From an uncultured Latescibacterota bacterium (GTDB lineage Bacteria > Latescibacterota > UBA2968 > UBA8231): DNA of 64,000 nucleotides. The stretch is taken from NCBI GenBank assembly GCA_958295495.1, contig OY282352.1, positions 3,224,548-3,288,547 of the forward strand. Direction: 5' to 3'. Positions within the stretch are counted from its first letter, which is position 1. Every line of letters starts with the position of its first letter. A model generated the notes under the pieces. That model was not told where the DNA came from. It made no database searches and worked only from the letters and a program-made list of their open reading frames with translations. Of the stretch, positions 8,685-17,912 are shown in pieces. Position numbers and translations under genes: made by a program.

Positions 8685-9308
8685 TTATGTCATTGCCTCG
8701 ACGAGGGCGTCGCGGAATTTCACAAAGCTATGAGAGCGATTGCAGTCCGGGTTGATGCGAGCGGCAATGGTACGCGCTATTTCTACCTTGCTTCGCCCGT
8801 TTTTGAAGTAGCCTTTTTTCTTTAAGAGACGCTCAAACGCCTCCCAAGTGCCGCCTTGTATCGCATCGGGATCGCGATATTTTGCTTGATTCGGAACGGT
8901 TGGCGATACCTTCGGATAGGCACGCCTCACCGCCTCCCAATCGCCGAAGTACCACGCTTCAAGCTCCTCAATTGCGATGCGGTTTACCACTTGCCAAGGA
9001 GTTTCCCTGGCCCCTGAACGAGTGCTTAACCCCGCTGCGGTCGCGGCCTCTTCGAGTTGCTGCTTGAGTTTATGGCAATCGTCGTTGTCGCAATCAACCA
9101 CTACGACGAGACGCATGTAGTTCGGCAGCCAAGAGGCATAGCCCTTTAGGCGATCCTGTAATTTATCCAACAGGTCTGATTTGCCCTGAAACGCATGAAC
9201 TTGAAAGAAGGGGCAGTCTTTGGGAAACAGACGCGGGAGCAATTCATGCAAGAATGCCTCCATAGAAGGCTCTTCGACCAAAATCTCCAGATGTGGATTC
9301 ACCATCAT
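8685..9308 (-). CDS. TOPRIM-like protein (DUF4276-type)
   Basis: 207 aa. An acidic first strand (LEILVEEPS) is followed by a hydrophobic strand with a DxD motif ([11 protein letters not shown]). Its ATG overlaps the TGA of the upstream ATPase (ATGA at 9305-9308). Confidence 0.7.
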   Translation of the reverse strand: MMVNPHLEILVEEPSMEAFLHELLPRLFPKDCPFFQVHAFQGKSDLLDKLQDRLKGYASWLPNYMRLVVVVDCDNDDCHKLKQQLEEAATAAGLSTRSGARETPWQVVNRIAIEELEAWYFGDWEAVRRAYPKVSPTVPNQAKYRDPDAIQGGTWEAFERLLKKKGYFKNGRSKVEIARTIAARINPDCNRSHSFVKFRDALVEAMT

Positions 9309-10546
9309 TCACTTCCCGCAAGTGGTCTAGTGGCCCCGCCTTGGTTGACTAGTGGATCACCTACATTGAAGTGGCCCTCCATCCACAGGTGACCGAGCAG
9401 TGCGCCTTGGTCCATAAACGCACGCACACGCTCCATATTCTCGACGCATTGCGTTTGTGCGTAGCCTTGCTCGTCGCGCCAGAGAACGCGCACCTCTTTG
9501 GATTGTAAGGCGTTAAGGAAAAACGGCGAATGCGTGGTGACCAGTAGCTGAGTGCGCTCGCTGGCCGTGCGGCATTCCTCGGCCAGTTCCCAAAGCAGTC
9601 GGGGGTGGAGGAAGTTTTCCGGTTCCTCAATGCCGATAAAGGGCGGTGGGGTCGGATCGTGGAGGAGCACGAGGTAGGCCAGCATTTTTAAGGTGCCGTC
9701 GGAGGCGAATCGCGCCAGCACCGGGTGGCTGAACGGGGCGTCCTTGATTTGCAGTAACAGGCGGCCATCGGGCATGGTATCGGCCAGCACCTTTTCGATG
9801 CGCGGTACGCGCCGGCGCAGCACCTCAAAGATGCGCTCGAGACGCTCTGGATGCTGCTCGGCCAAGTATTGGATGACGTTGGCGAGGTTGTCGCCCGTTT
9901 TGCTTAGCTGCTCCTGCGGCCCGGTTTCGGGCTGGCCGCGTGCGCTGTCTGCCGAAAGATAGGACAGATGCCAGCCAGTAATGAACTGGCGCAGTGCCGC
10001 CACGCGTGGGTGATCGGCGAACTGTCCGAGGGCATTGACTGCCAACAGGTCGGGTGCGTTCAGGGGGATTTCTATCCGCTTGTCCCGTTCGTCTGGCTGA
10101 TCGCCGCTGATTGCTTGACCTTGGCCGTACTCGTATTGGAGAAACCGAAACGGCTTTCCGCGTTGGCCCCGTCGCCATTGCAACCACTCTTCTGCGACCA
10201 CTGGGGCGCGGTTGCGTTCAACAACAGCCAAGTGATAGGTAATGAGCGGCTGTCCCGGCTTTTCGCGGTACTTAATTTCAATTACTACCGGTCCCTTCTC
10301 TTCTCGGGACGCAAGCTCTTTGCCTCGCCCACGCTTATCCCAAGCGCGGCGCAGCCCCAACTCGAAACACTCTGCCAGAAAAGCAAATACGTCGAATACG
10401 GTGGACTTGCCGCTGCCGTTGGGGCCGAGCAACACCGTCAGCGGCGTCAGGTTTTTGAACTCGACACTCCGCAGGGCACGGAAATTCTGCACCTTCAGGT
10501 ATTCGATGCGTGCCGGGGCAGTGGGTTGTGCAGGAATTGGGTTCAT
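9305..10546 (-). CDS. ABC/SMC-type (AAA_15/AAA_21-like) ATPase, non-transporter
   Basis: Motifs present: Walker [10 protein letters not shown], signature-like SDGTLKML, Walker [14 protein letters not shown] and H-loop VTTHSP. ATG 10546 is preceded by AAGGAG (10554-10559, 7-nt spacer). The track's TTG start at 10573 is rejected. Confidence 0.85.
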   Translation of the reverse strand: MNPIPAQPTAPARIEYLKVQNFRALRSVEFKNLTPLTVLLGPNGSGKSTVFDVFAFLAECFELGLRRAWDKRGRGKELASREEKGPVVIEIKYREKPGQPLITYHLAVVERNRAPVVAEEWLQWRRGQRGKPFRFLQYEYGQGQAISGDQPDERDKRIEIPLNAPDLLAVNALGQFADHPRVAALRQFITGWHLSYLSADSARGQPETGPQEQLSKTGDNLANVIQYLAEQHPERLERIFEVLRRRVPRIEKVLADTMPDGRLLLQIKDAPFSHPVLARFASDGTLKMLAYLVLLHDPTPPPFIGIEEPENFLHPRLLWELAEECRTASERTQLLVTTHSPFFLNALQSKEVRVLWRDEQGYAQTQCVENMERVRAFMDQGALLGHLWMEGHFNVGDPLVNQGGATRPLAGSE

Positions 10547-10569
10547 CTGTGGTCTCCTTGGTGAGAAGC

Positions 10570-11415
10570 TCAAATTTTTGGATCCAAGGCGTCTCTAAGC
10601 CCGTCGCCAAAGAGGTTGAGCGCCAAGACGACCGCGAAGATGGCCAGCCCGGGAAAGGCCATGACCCAGGGCGCTTGCAAGAGCAACTCGCGTCCCCCGG
10701 ATAGCATGGCTCCCCACTCGGGGGTCGGCGGCTGGGCCCCCAAGCCCAAAAAGCTCAAGCCGGCCGCGTCGAGGATGGCCGTGCCCGAGCTGAGCGTGGC
10801 TTGCACGACGAGCGGGACTGTGCAATTAGGTAAGATGCTGTAGAACAGCAGCCGCGATTCGCTCGCCCCCAGCGCACGCGCAGCCTCGACGTACGTGGCT
10901 TCGCGCACGGTCAACACCGAGGAGCGCATGAGGCGGGCAAATTGCGGCACCAACACGATGCTGACGGCGAGAATGGCATTGTCGATGCCCGGCCCGATGA
11001 CGGCGACGATGGCAATGGCCAAGAGGATGCTGGGGAACGCCAACATCAGGTCCATCAGCCGCATGATGAGCATGTCGGCGACCCCGCCGCGATACCCGGC
11101 CACGAGCCCGAGCAAGGTGCCGGTGGAAGCGGCCAGCGCGATGGCGACCAGCCCAATCCGCAACGAGATGCGGGCGCCGTACACGATGCGGCTGAAAATG
11201 TCGCGGCCAAAGTCGTCCGTCCCCAGCCAATGGCTCGGCGACGGCGGCTGCAAGCGCAGATAGAGGTTTTGCGCCAGTGGATCGTATGGTGCCAAAAGCG
11301 GTGCCAAAAGCGCAGCTACAAACGCGCCCGCCAAGACCCCGCCGCCGATCAGCGCGAGGCGCTGTTTGCCGAGCCGCCGCAGTTGACTGGTGACGTGTGC
11401 AATCATCTCAAGCAT
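10570..11415 (-). CDS. ABC transporter permease, DppC/OppC-like (second permease of peptide/nickel systems)
   Basis: 281 aa. It has an N-terminal OppC_N-like LLAPYDP...[24 protein letters not shown] segment and the EAA-loop region [11 protein letters not shown]. Confidence 0.9.
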   Translation of the reverse strand: MLEMIAHVTSQLRRLGKQRLALIGGGVLAGAFVAALLAPLLAPYDPLAQNLYLRLQPPSPSHWLGTDDFGRDIFSRIVYGARISLRIGLVAIALAASTGTLLGLVAGYRGGVADMLIMRLMDLMLAFPSILLAIAIVAVIGPGIDNAILAVSIVLVPQFARLMRSSVLTVREATYVEAARALGASESRLLFYSILPNCTVPLVVQATLSSGTAILDAAGLSFLGLGAQPPTPEWGAMLSGGRELLLQAPWVMAFPGLAIFAVVLALNLFGDGLRDALDPKI

Positions 11416-11523
11416 GGAAAATTAGCATCGCCCTACTTAGAGGCCCTAGCAAAAGGTTGGTCCACGCCTTTGGGCCTCAACGGCAAATACATCTCTGCGT
11501 TCATCTGCGGATAGGCTACTTTG

Positions 11524-13713
11524 TTAGGCACTCTTAGGCTCTAGGACCAACACACCCAGCGGCGGCAGGTGCAACCGCGCCGAATGCGGCCGGCCGTGGC
11601 AGGCGACGGCCTCGGTTGGCACCCAGCCGCCGTGGCCCACGCCGCTGCCGCCATAGACTTCGGCGTCGCTGTTGAGCACCTCGCGGTACGGCCCGGCGGC
11701 TGGCAGCCCGAGCCGGTAGTCCGCTCGGGGGACTGGGGTAAAATTGCAGACGAAGATCAGGGGGTTTTCGCCCGCGGCGCGGCGCGCAAAAGCCGAGATG
11801 CTCTGCGTAGAGTCCGAGCAGTCGATCCACTCAAAACCATCGGGGTATGCGTCGGTGCGGTGCAGGGCCGCGCACCGGCGATAGAGCCGGTTGAGATCGC
11901 CGAGCCAGCGATAGACGCCGCGGTGGGCCTCGTCGTCGAGCAGGTGCCAGGGCAGCGCGCCTTGGTGATCCCACTCTTCCCACTGGGCCAATTCGGCTCC
12001 CATAAACAGCAGCTTCTTGCCTGGGTGCCCGTACATAAAGCCGTAGAGCAAGCGCAAGTTGGCCAGTTGTTGCCAGGCGTCCCCGGGCATCTTGCTCAAG
12101 AGCGAGCGCTTGCCGTGTACTACCTCGTCGTGCGACAGGGGCAACACGAAGTTTTCGCAATAGGCGTAGAGCATGCCAAAGGTCAGGTCGGATTGGTGGT
12201 CGCGGCGGTGGATCGGATCGCGCTGCATGTAGCGCAGCACGTCGTTCATCCAGCCCATGTTCCACTTGAAGCCAAAGCCGAGTCCCCCGGCGTCGGCCGG
12301 TCGGGAAACCTCCGGCCAAGCAGTCGATTCCTCGGCGATCATCAAGGCCCCGGGGCAGTGCTCGCCGATAGCTGTGTTGAGCTGTTTGAGGAAGTCGATG
12401 GCTTCGAGGTTTTCGCGCCCGCCAAATTCGTTGGGCACCCATTCGCCTTCTAAGCGCGAGTAGTCGAGGTAGAGCATGGAAGCCACCGCATCGACCCGCA
12501 GGCCGTCGAGGTGAAAGCGCTCGAGCCAAAAAAGGGCGTTGGAAATGAGAAAGGAGCGGACTTCGGCGCGGCCGTAGTTGAATATACAAGTCTGCCAATC
12601 GGGATGCCGCCCTTGGCGCGGGTCGCGGTGCTCGTAGAGGCTGGTGCCGTCAAATTGAGCCAAGCCGTGGGCGTCGTTGGGGAAGTGCCCAGGCACCCAG
12701 TCGAGAATCACACCGATCGCGTGGCGGTGGCAATAGTCGATGAAATAAGCGAAGTCCTCAGGGGCACCAAAGCGCGCGCTCGGGGCAAAATATCCAGTCC
12801 CTTGATAGCCCCACGAGCCGTCGAAGGGATGCTCGGCCACTGGCATCAGCTCGATGTGGGTAAAGCCTAGCTCGGCCACGTGGGCGACCAATTGGTGAGC
12901 CAGCGTGCGGTAGTTGAGATAGGCATTGCCGTTGCGTCGCCAAGAGCCGAGATGCACCTCGTATATGGCGAGGGGGGCCTCTAGCCAGTTGCACGCCCGT
13001 CGCTCGGCCATCCACGCGCTGTCGCCCCAGGCGAACGCATCGCCTTGGCAGACTGCGGAAGCGGTGTGGGGCGGCCGTTCAGTTGCAAAGGCAAAGGGAT
13101 CGCTTTTGAGCAGCACGGTGCCGGCGCGGCTGAGGATTTCGTACTTGTAGAGTGCGCCCGCGCCCACCTCCGGGACGAACAGTTCCCAGACTCCGGCCGC
13201 CCCCAGCGGGCGCAGGCAGTGCCGCCGACCGTCCCAGCCGTTGAAATCGCCAACTACGCTGACCCTGCGGGCACTCGGTGCCCACACCGCGAAATACGTG
13301 CCCTCGGCCCCGTCGATGCAGCGCGGATGCGCCCCCAGCACCTCGTGGGCGCGGTAGTGGGTTCCTTCGTTGAAGAGGTATTGGTCTTGGGGCGCAAGCT
13401 GCGGCCAGAACGAGTACGGGTCGCGGCAGTAGCGAACTGCGCCCTGCGCGTCTGTCACCGCTAGATGATAGGCAAAGGGCTTGCTGCAGCCGGCGATCCG
13501 CGCCTCGAACAGCCCTTCGGCATGGATCTTGACCGCCGGAAAGCTCCCACCTTGCCCCCCCCGCTCCACGACCCGTACGCTCGTCGCATCGGGCAAGAAC
13601 GCGCGCACGACCCATCCGTCGTCTAAAGGGTGCATACCCAAGACTGAGAACACATCGGCGCATTCGCCGTGCAAAAGGGCCTCCATTGTCTGCGGCTCAA
13701 GCGTTGTCGGCAT
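11524..13713 (-). CDS. glgB: 1,4-alpha-glucan branching enzyme
   Basis: 729 aa. The GH13 branching-enzyme blocks are present: [28 protein letters not shown] and [12 protein letters not shown]. Confidence 0.95.
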   Translation of the reverse strand: MPTTLEPQTMEALLHGECADVFSVLGMHPLDDGWVVRAFLPDATSVRVVERGGQGGSFPAVKIHAEGLFEARIAGCSKPFAYHLAVTDAQGAVRYCRDPYSFWPQLAPQDQYLFNEGTHYRAHEVLGAHPRCIDGAEGTYFAVWAPSARRVSVVGDFNGWDGRRHCLRPLGAAGVWELFVPEVGAGALYKYEILSRAGTVLLKSDPFAFATERPPHTASAVCQGDAFAWGDSAWMAERRACNWLEAPLAIYEVHLGSWRRNGNAYLNYRTLAHQLVAHVAELGFTHIELMPVAEHPFDGSWGYQGTGYFAPSARFGAPEDFAYFIDYCHRHAIGVILDWVPGHFPNDAHGLAQFDGTSLYEHRDPRQGRHPDWQTCIFNYGRAEVRSFLISNALFWLERFHLDGLRVDAVASMLYLDYSRLEGEWVPNEFGGRENLEAIDFLKQLNTAIGEHCPGALMIAEESTAWPEVSRPADAGGLGFGFKWNMGWMNDVLRYMQRDPIHRRDHQSDLTFGMLYAYCENFVLPLSHDEVVHGKRSLLSKMPGDAWQQLANLRLLYGFMYGHPGKKLLFMGAELAQWEEWDHQGALPWHLLDDEAHRGVYRWLGDLNRLYRRCAALHRTDAYPDGFEWIDCSDSTQSISAFARRAAGENPLIFVCNFTPVPRADYRLGLPAAGPYREVLNSDAEVYGGSGVGHGGWVPTEAVACHGRPHSARLHLPPLGVLVLEPKSA

Positions 13714-13863
13714 GGTCGCACTCGTTCAGAGTTGAACATCTTTGAGAAGATAGGTCAATTTGGAGGAAAGGTATAGGGCGTCCACAGAGGATGCCCCGGC
13801 GGAGGGTTGGCTGAAGGGACGGCCCCCACGCCCCCATTGCCGATCCTTGGCGATCAAAGCAAG

Positions 13864-13897
13864 AGTACGCCCCAGCAGCGAAATGCCGGGGCGTACT
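13864..13897 (-). terminator. 10-bp GC-rich hairpin, possible terminator downstream of the Uma2 gene
   Basis: AGTACGCCCC (13864-13873) pairs with GGGGCGTACT (13888-13897) around a 14-nt loop. Only a weak T-tract (CTTGCTTTG) follows on the - strand. Confidence 0.35.
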
Positions 13898-14124
13898 TGC
13901 GAAACAAGTAAATCCAATTCCCAATCAGAAATTTACCGAAAACCGCCGCTGCGGCCGGCCCCCCCAGAACGCCTCCTCGCCAAGTCCCCAGATCAGCGCC
14001 GGCCGAAAATTTCGTTCAGATCGGTGCTGAAGCCGGCGAGTGTGGGCGAGGTCATGGTCTGCCCCTCGCCGTAGATGGCTACCGCCGCGAAGGCACCCGC
14101 ATGTAGCCGCAGCACTGCCACCGT

Positions 14125-14554
14125 CTAGGCGTCGGGATCGACCAGCCAGTACTCCTGCACGCCGTGCTTGGCGTACAGGGCGCGTTTGAGCGTCTGGTCC
14201 CGTCCGGCGGTGGCGGTGGACAGGATCTCGACGACCAAGTCCGGCGCCCCGAGCACATTCGCGCCGCCCAGCAGCAGGTGCGCTCGCTTGTGGGAGACGA
14301 ACAGCAGGTCCGGCTGCACCACATCCGCGTTCGACAGCACCACATCGCAGGGCGCGTGGAAGACCTCGCCCAAGTCTTTCTCCTGTACATAAAGTATGGA
14401 GCAGCGCTCCCAGCCGGGTGTCAATTCTCTGGTGCCCTAAGTTGGGCGCGGGGGCCACAATCAACTCTCCGTCCAACAACTCGTAGCGCTGGTCTTCTGG
14501 GGTGTGCCGGTAGTCCTCATAGGTGAACTTGACGACCGGGTTGGGGCTGGACAT
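14125..14554 (-). pseudogene. Uma2-family (DUF820) endonuclease, interrupted by one frameshift
   Basis: The N-terminal frame starts at ATG 14554 (AGGAGG upstream) and reads MSSPNPVVKFTYEDYRHTPEDQRYELLDGELIVAPAPNLGHQRI. The remainder, YVQEKDLGEVFHAPCDVVLS...VVQPDLLFV...PDLVVEILS...YAKHGVQEYWLVDP, lies in another frame. The switch is near 14393-14405. Confidence 0.8.
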
Positions 14555-14763
14555 GGCAACCCTCCTCTCGTCGCTCGATACGCGGGGTGCGAACTTTCTA
14601 GCAACCGAAAATAAAACAAAATAAACCTCGTCAATAGGGCGCGGGGAGGTACTGGGCGAGGAACGGCTCTTAAGAACCGCTGCGGTCAAAGAATAAATGG
14701 CCGTCAACAAAAAAGGAGATAGGTTATATTTTTAAGAGAAAAACCACCCGACCTAATTCGACT

Positions 14764-16092
14764 GTGGACAAAAAAATCGCCACCGCCGGCTGGGGGCTGT
14801 ACCCGCTCGTCGCCGCTTCGGTTCAGCGCGCGCGCTACCTAAGCGACCTCGGTTCCGCCGCGCCCCCGATTTTGCCCCAAGGCAATTGCCGCTCCTACGG
14901 CGACGCCTGCCTATACGAGCGCGTCGTCTCCACCCTGCCCCTCAAGCACCTGCTCGACTTCGATGGGCAGCGCGGGCTTTTGCGGGCGCAAGCCGGCATT
15001 ACCTTAGCGGAGATCATTCGCTTTGCCCTGCCCCGCGGCTTTTTCCCGCCGGTTACGCCGGGGACCAAGTTCCCCACGCTCGGCGGCTGCATTGCCGCGG
15101 ATGTCCACGGCAAAAACCACCACGCCGCAGGTTCCATCGCCGCCTTTGTCGAATCGCTGGACATGGTGTTGGCCGATGGCTCGCCAGTGCGCTGCTCGCG
15201 CAGCCAGTGCGCCGACCTGTTTTGGGCCACGCTCGGCGGCATGGGCTTGACGGGATTTATCTATGCGGCGACGCTGCGGCTGAAAAAGGTGTCGTCGGCT
15301 TATGTGCGGCAGCGCACCATCAAGACGGCGAGCTGGGCCGAGACCTGCCGCGTCTGCACGGAGACCCAGCATCAGTACACCTATTCGGTCGCTTGGATTG
15401 ACGGCCTGCAAACGGGCCGACACCTAGGCCGCGGCCACGTCCTGCTGGGGGAACACGCCAGCGCACGCGAGCTCGAGGGTAAGCCGCCCTTTCCCATCCA
15501 CGGCGATGGCCGCTGGGCCGTGCCGTTCTTCTTGCCCGGCGGCGTGCTCAATTCCAAGTCGCTGAAGGCGTTTAACGCTCTCTATTATCATCGCCAAGTG
15601 CGCCGCTCGACCGAGGCCCTCGTCCACTACGACCCGTACTTCTATCCGCTCGACTCCGTCCGCGGCTGGAACCGCCTGTACGGCCGCCGGGGCTTTTTGC
15701 AGTACCAGGTCGCCGTGCCCTACACCGATGGCGCAGAGGTAGTCGCCGACCTGCTCGGGCGCATCGCCCGCCGGGGGGTAGCTTCGCCTTTGGCCGTGCT
15801 CAAGACGTTTGGGCCGCCGAGCGAGGGCCTGCTTTCTTTTCCCATAGCAGGTTATACCCTCGCGTTGGACATACCCTTGCGCGACTTTGGGACGATTCCC
15901 TTCTTGCGCGCACTGAACAAAACCGTCGTCGAGGCCAAGGGCCGCGTCTATCTGGCCAAGGACGCCATTTTGGAAAGGGAGGATTTTGCCGCCATGTATC
16001 CGCAACTGGAAAAATTCAAAGCGGTCAAGCGCAAATACGACCCCGAGCGCCGCTTCCGCTCCTGTCTGTCCGACCGCTTGGGGATCACGTGA
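14764..16092 (+). CDS. FAD-binding (PCMH-type) oxidoreductase, DprE1-like
   Basis: 442 aa with a GTG start. It carries GNCRSYGD and FPPVTPGTKFPTLGGCIAADVHGKNHH blocks, typical of polyprenyl-phosphoribose 2'-oxidases. Its end overlaps the next gene by 4 nt. Confidence 0.7.
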   Translation: MDKKIATAGWGLYPLVAASVQRARYLSDLGSAAPPILPQGNCRSYGDACLYERVVSTLPLKHLLDFDGQRGLLRAQAGITLAEIIRFALPRGFFPPVTPGTKFPTLGGCIAADVHGKNHHAAGSIAAFVESLDMVLADGSPVRCSRSQCADLFWATLGGMGLTGFIYAATLRLKKVSSAYVRQRTIKTASWAETCRVCTETQHQYTYSVAWIDGLQTGRHLGRGHVLLGEHASARELEGKPPFPIHGDGRWAVPFFLPGGVLNSKSLKAFNALYYHRQVRRSTEALVHYDPYFYPLDSVRGWNRLYGRRGFLQYQVAVPYTDGAEVVADLLGRIARRGVASPLAVLKTFGPPSEGLLSFPIAGYTLALDIPLRDFGTIPFLRALNKTVVEAKGRVYLAKDAILEREDFAAMYPQLEKFKAVKRKYDPERRFRSCLSDRLGIT

Positions 16093-16820
16093 GGGCACTG
16101 GTATTGGGGGCGAAGTCGGCGATTGCCCAAGCCATTGTCGAGCGCCTCGACGGCTATGACTTTGCGCTGGCCGCCCGCGAGTGTACCGAGTTGGAGCCTT
16201 TTGCCGCGGACTTGCGGCTCAAACGCTCGTGCCAAGTGGAGTTGTTTGAATTTGACGCCTTGGACTTCGCGGCTTTGGCGCACTTGCCGCAACAGGTTCA
16301 CGAGCGCGGCGGCCCCTTTGACTTGGTCGTCCTCGCCTTTGGCTATCTCGGAGACGCGCACGCCGCCCAGCGCAATACAGACGAGATCGCCCACATCCTC
16401 AACGCCAACCTCACCGGCGCGGCCATCGCCCTCGCGCCTTTGGCCAACTATCTAGAGGAAAAGGGTACGCCGGCTGGCATCATCGCCATCTCGTCGGTGG
16501 CCGGCGATCGGGGCCGCCGGGGCAACTACGTCTATGGGGCGGCTAAGGGGGGGCTTTCGATCTTCTTGCAAGGGCTGCGCAACCGGCTGGCCGCGACGCC
16601 TGTACACGTCCTGACCGTCAAGCCCGGGTTCGTCGATACGCCTATGACCGAGGGGCTAGACGGGCTTTTTTGGGTCGCTGCGCCGGACAGAGTGGCCGCC
16701 GACATCGTGCGTGCCTATCGGCAAAAGAAAGACGTGCTCTACACGCCGTTTTTTTGGCGCTGGATCATGCTCGCGGTCAAGAGCATCCCCGAGCGCATTT
16801 TTAAGAGGCTGAAATTGTGA
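16089..16820 (+). CDS. Short-chain dehydrogenase/reductase, DprE2-like
   Basis: 243 aa. It has the SDR catalytic motif YGAAKGG, the ISSVAG strand and PGFVDTPM. It is translationally coupled to the DprE1-like gene. Confidence 0.7.
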   Translation: MRALVLGAKSAIAQAIVERLDGYDFALAARECTELEPFAADLRLKRSCQVELFEFDALDFAALAHLPQQVHERGGPFDLVVLAFGYLGDAHAAQRNTDEIAHILNANLTGAAIALAPLANYLEEKGTPAGIIAISSVAGDRGRRGNYVYGAAKGGLSIFLQGLRNRLAATPVHVLTVKPGFVDTPMTEGLDGLFWVAAPDRVAADIVRAYRQKKDVLYTPFFWRWIMLAVKSIPERIFKRLKL

Positions 16821-16906
16821 TAGGTCCCAATCTGAAGACTTGGGCCTACGGTTCGCTATGGGCGTTTTTCAGGTTTGAGCCGGCGAGAGAGGAATAAATT
16901 GGTCCC

Positions 16907-17911
16907 TTGCAATATCGTCTGAAGCCGGGTGAAAGCACGCCCGCAGGGATGCGGCGGATGGCCGCCGAACAGCTCGATAAGGCCCTTGAGCACCTCGAGT
17001 GCCAAGACGGGAAACGAGACGAGCACATCCACGAGGCCCGCAAGGCCACCAAGCGCCTGCGGGCCTTGGTGCGCCTGGTCCGCCGCGAACTGGGAGACGA
17101 AGTGTACGCCTTGGAAAACCAGTACTATCGGGACGCCGGCCAGCGCCTTTCGGGGCTGCGCGATGCCGCGGTCTTGGTCGAGACCTTGGACCGCTTGGTG
17201 GAATACCTGGGCAGCGACGTGCCTAAGAGTCGATTCGCCCGGGTGCGGGGGTGGCTGGTGGAGCGCCGCGACCGGGCATATAGCCAAGCTGCCAGCAGCG
17301 ATCGAGCCATTCAGGAGGTAATCGCCGACCTCGCGCCGGCCCGCGAGCGTTTGGAACATTGGAATCTGCAGTGCGAGAGTTGGAAAGGGCTCCGGGCGGG
17401 GTTACAGCGGATATACGCGCGGGGCCGGCGCGACTTTGCCGCAGCCTACGCGTTGCCCAGCGACGAAGCATTCCACGACTGGCGCAAGCAGGTGAAGTAC
17501 CTGTGGTACCACACCCAAATAGTGCAAAATATCTGGCCGTCGGTTATGCAGGCTCTAGCCGAGGAATTGGACCAGCTAGGGGAGTTGCTCGGCCAAGATC
17601 ACGACCTAGCGGTATTGCGCACCACGGTTCTGGCCGAGTTTCCCAAGGCTGGAGCCACGGCCACGCTACTGGCCTTGGAAAGGCGGATTGACGAGGTGCG
17701 TTCTCGGATGCAGGCCCGGGCGCGTCTGCTGGCAGAGCGCATCTACTTGGAACGGCCCCGGGAGTTTTCCCGGCGTCTGCGGGGCTACTGGCGGGTGTGG
17801 CAGGCGGAACAATTGACCGGGTACGAGTTGAAAATCGGCGCACCGACACGGACAGAGCGGGTGCTGAAAAGAATAGACACTACTCGCCATTCGGCGGAAA
17901 AGGAGATATAA
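16907..17911 (+). CDS. CHAD domain-containing protein
   Basis: 334 aa with a TTG start. It is helical and His/Arg-rich, with the CHAD-type blocks IHEARKATKRLRALVRL and FHDWRKQVKYLWYH. Confidence 0.75.
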   Translation: MQYRLKPGESTPAGMRRMAAEQLDKALEHLECQDGKRDEHIHEARKATKRLRALVRLVRRELGDEVYALENQYYRDAGQRLSGLRDAAVLVETLDRLVEYLGSDVPKSRFARVRGWLVERRDRAYSQAASSDRAIQEVIADLAPARERLEHWNLQCESWKGLRAGLQRIYARGRRDFAAAYALPSDEAFHDWRKQVKYLWYHTQIVQNIWPSVMQALAEELDQLGELLGQDHDLAVLRTTVLAEFPKAGATATLLALERRIDEVRSRMQARARLLAERIYLERPREFSRRLRGYWRVWQAEQLTGYELKIGAPTRTERVLKRIDTTRHSAEKEI

Positions 17912-17912
17912 C

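Noticed and set aside
9305-10546. The ATPase as the missing DppD/DppF transporter ATPase
   Set aside because: It has no LSGGQ signature. It carries a ~230-aa insert between Walker A and the signature/Walker B region, lacks the oligopeptide C-terminal domain, and is paired with a TOPRIM-like protein. This is the SMC/OLD-like branch, not a transporter NBD.
10547-10573. TTG start at 10573 for the ATPase, overlapping the DppC-like stop and implying translational coupling to the transporter
   Set aside because: ATG 10546 has a canonical AAGGAG at ideal spacing, and the extra nine residues (SFSPRRPQ) look non-native. Coupling to dppC is therefore not claimed.
13925-14710. 261-aa ORF spanning the Uma2 locus and the downstream spacer
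   Set aside because: It is a composite. Only its residues from MSSPN (14554) to about 14400 are real Uma2 sequence, and the rest is out-of-frame read-through. The region 13925-14124 shows no coding signal.
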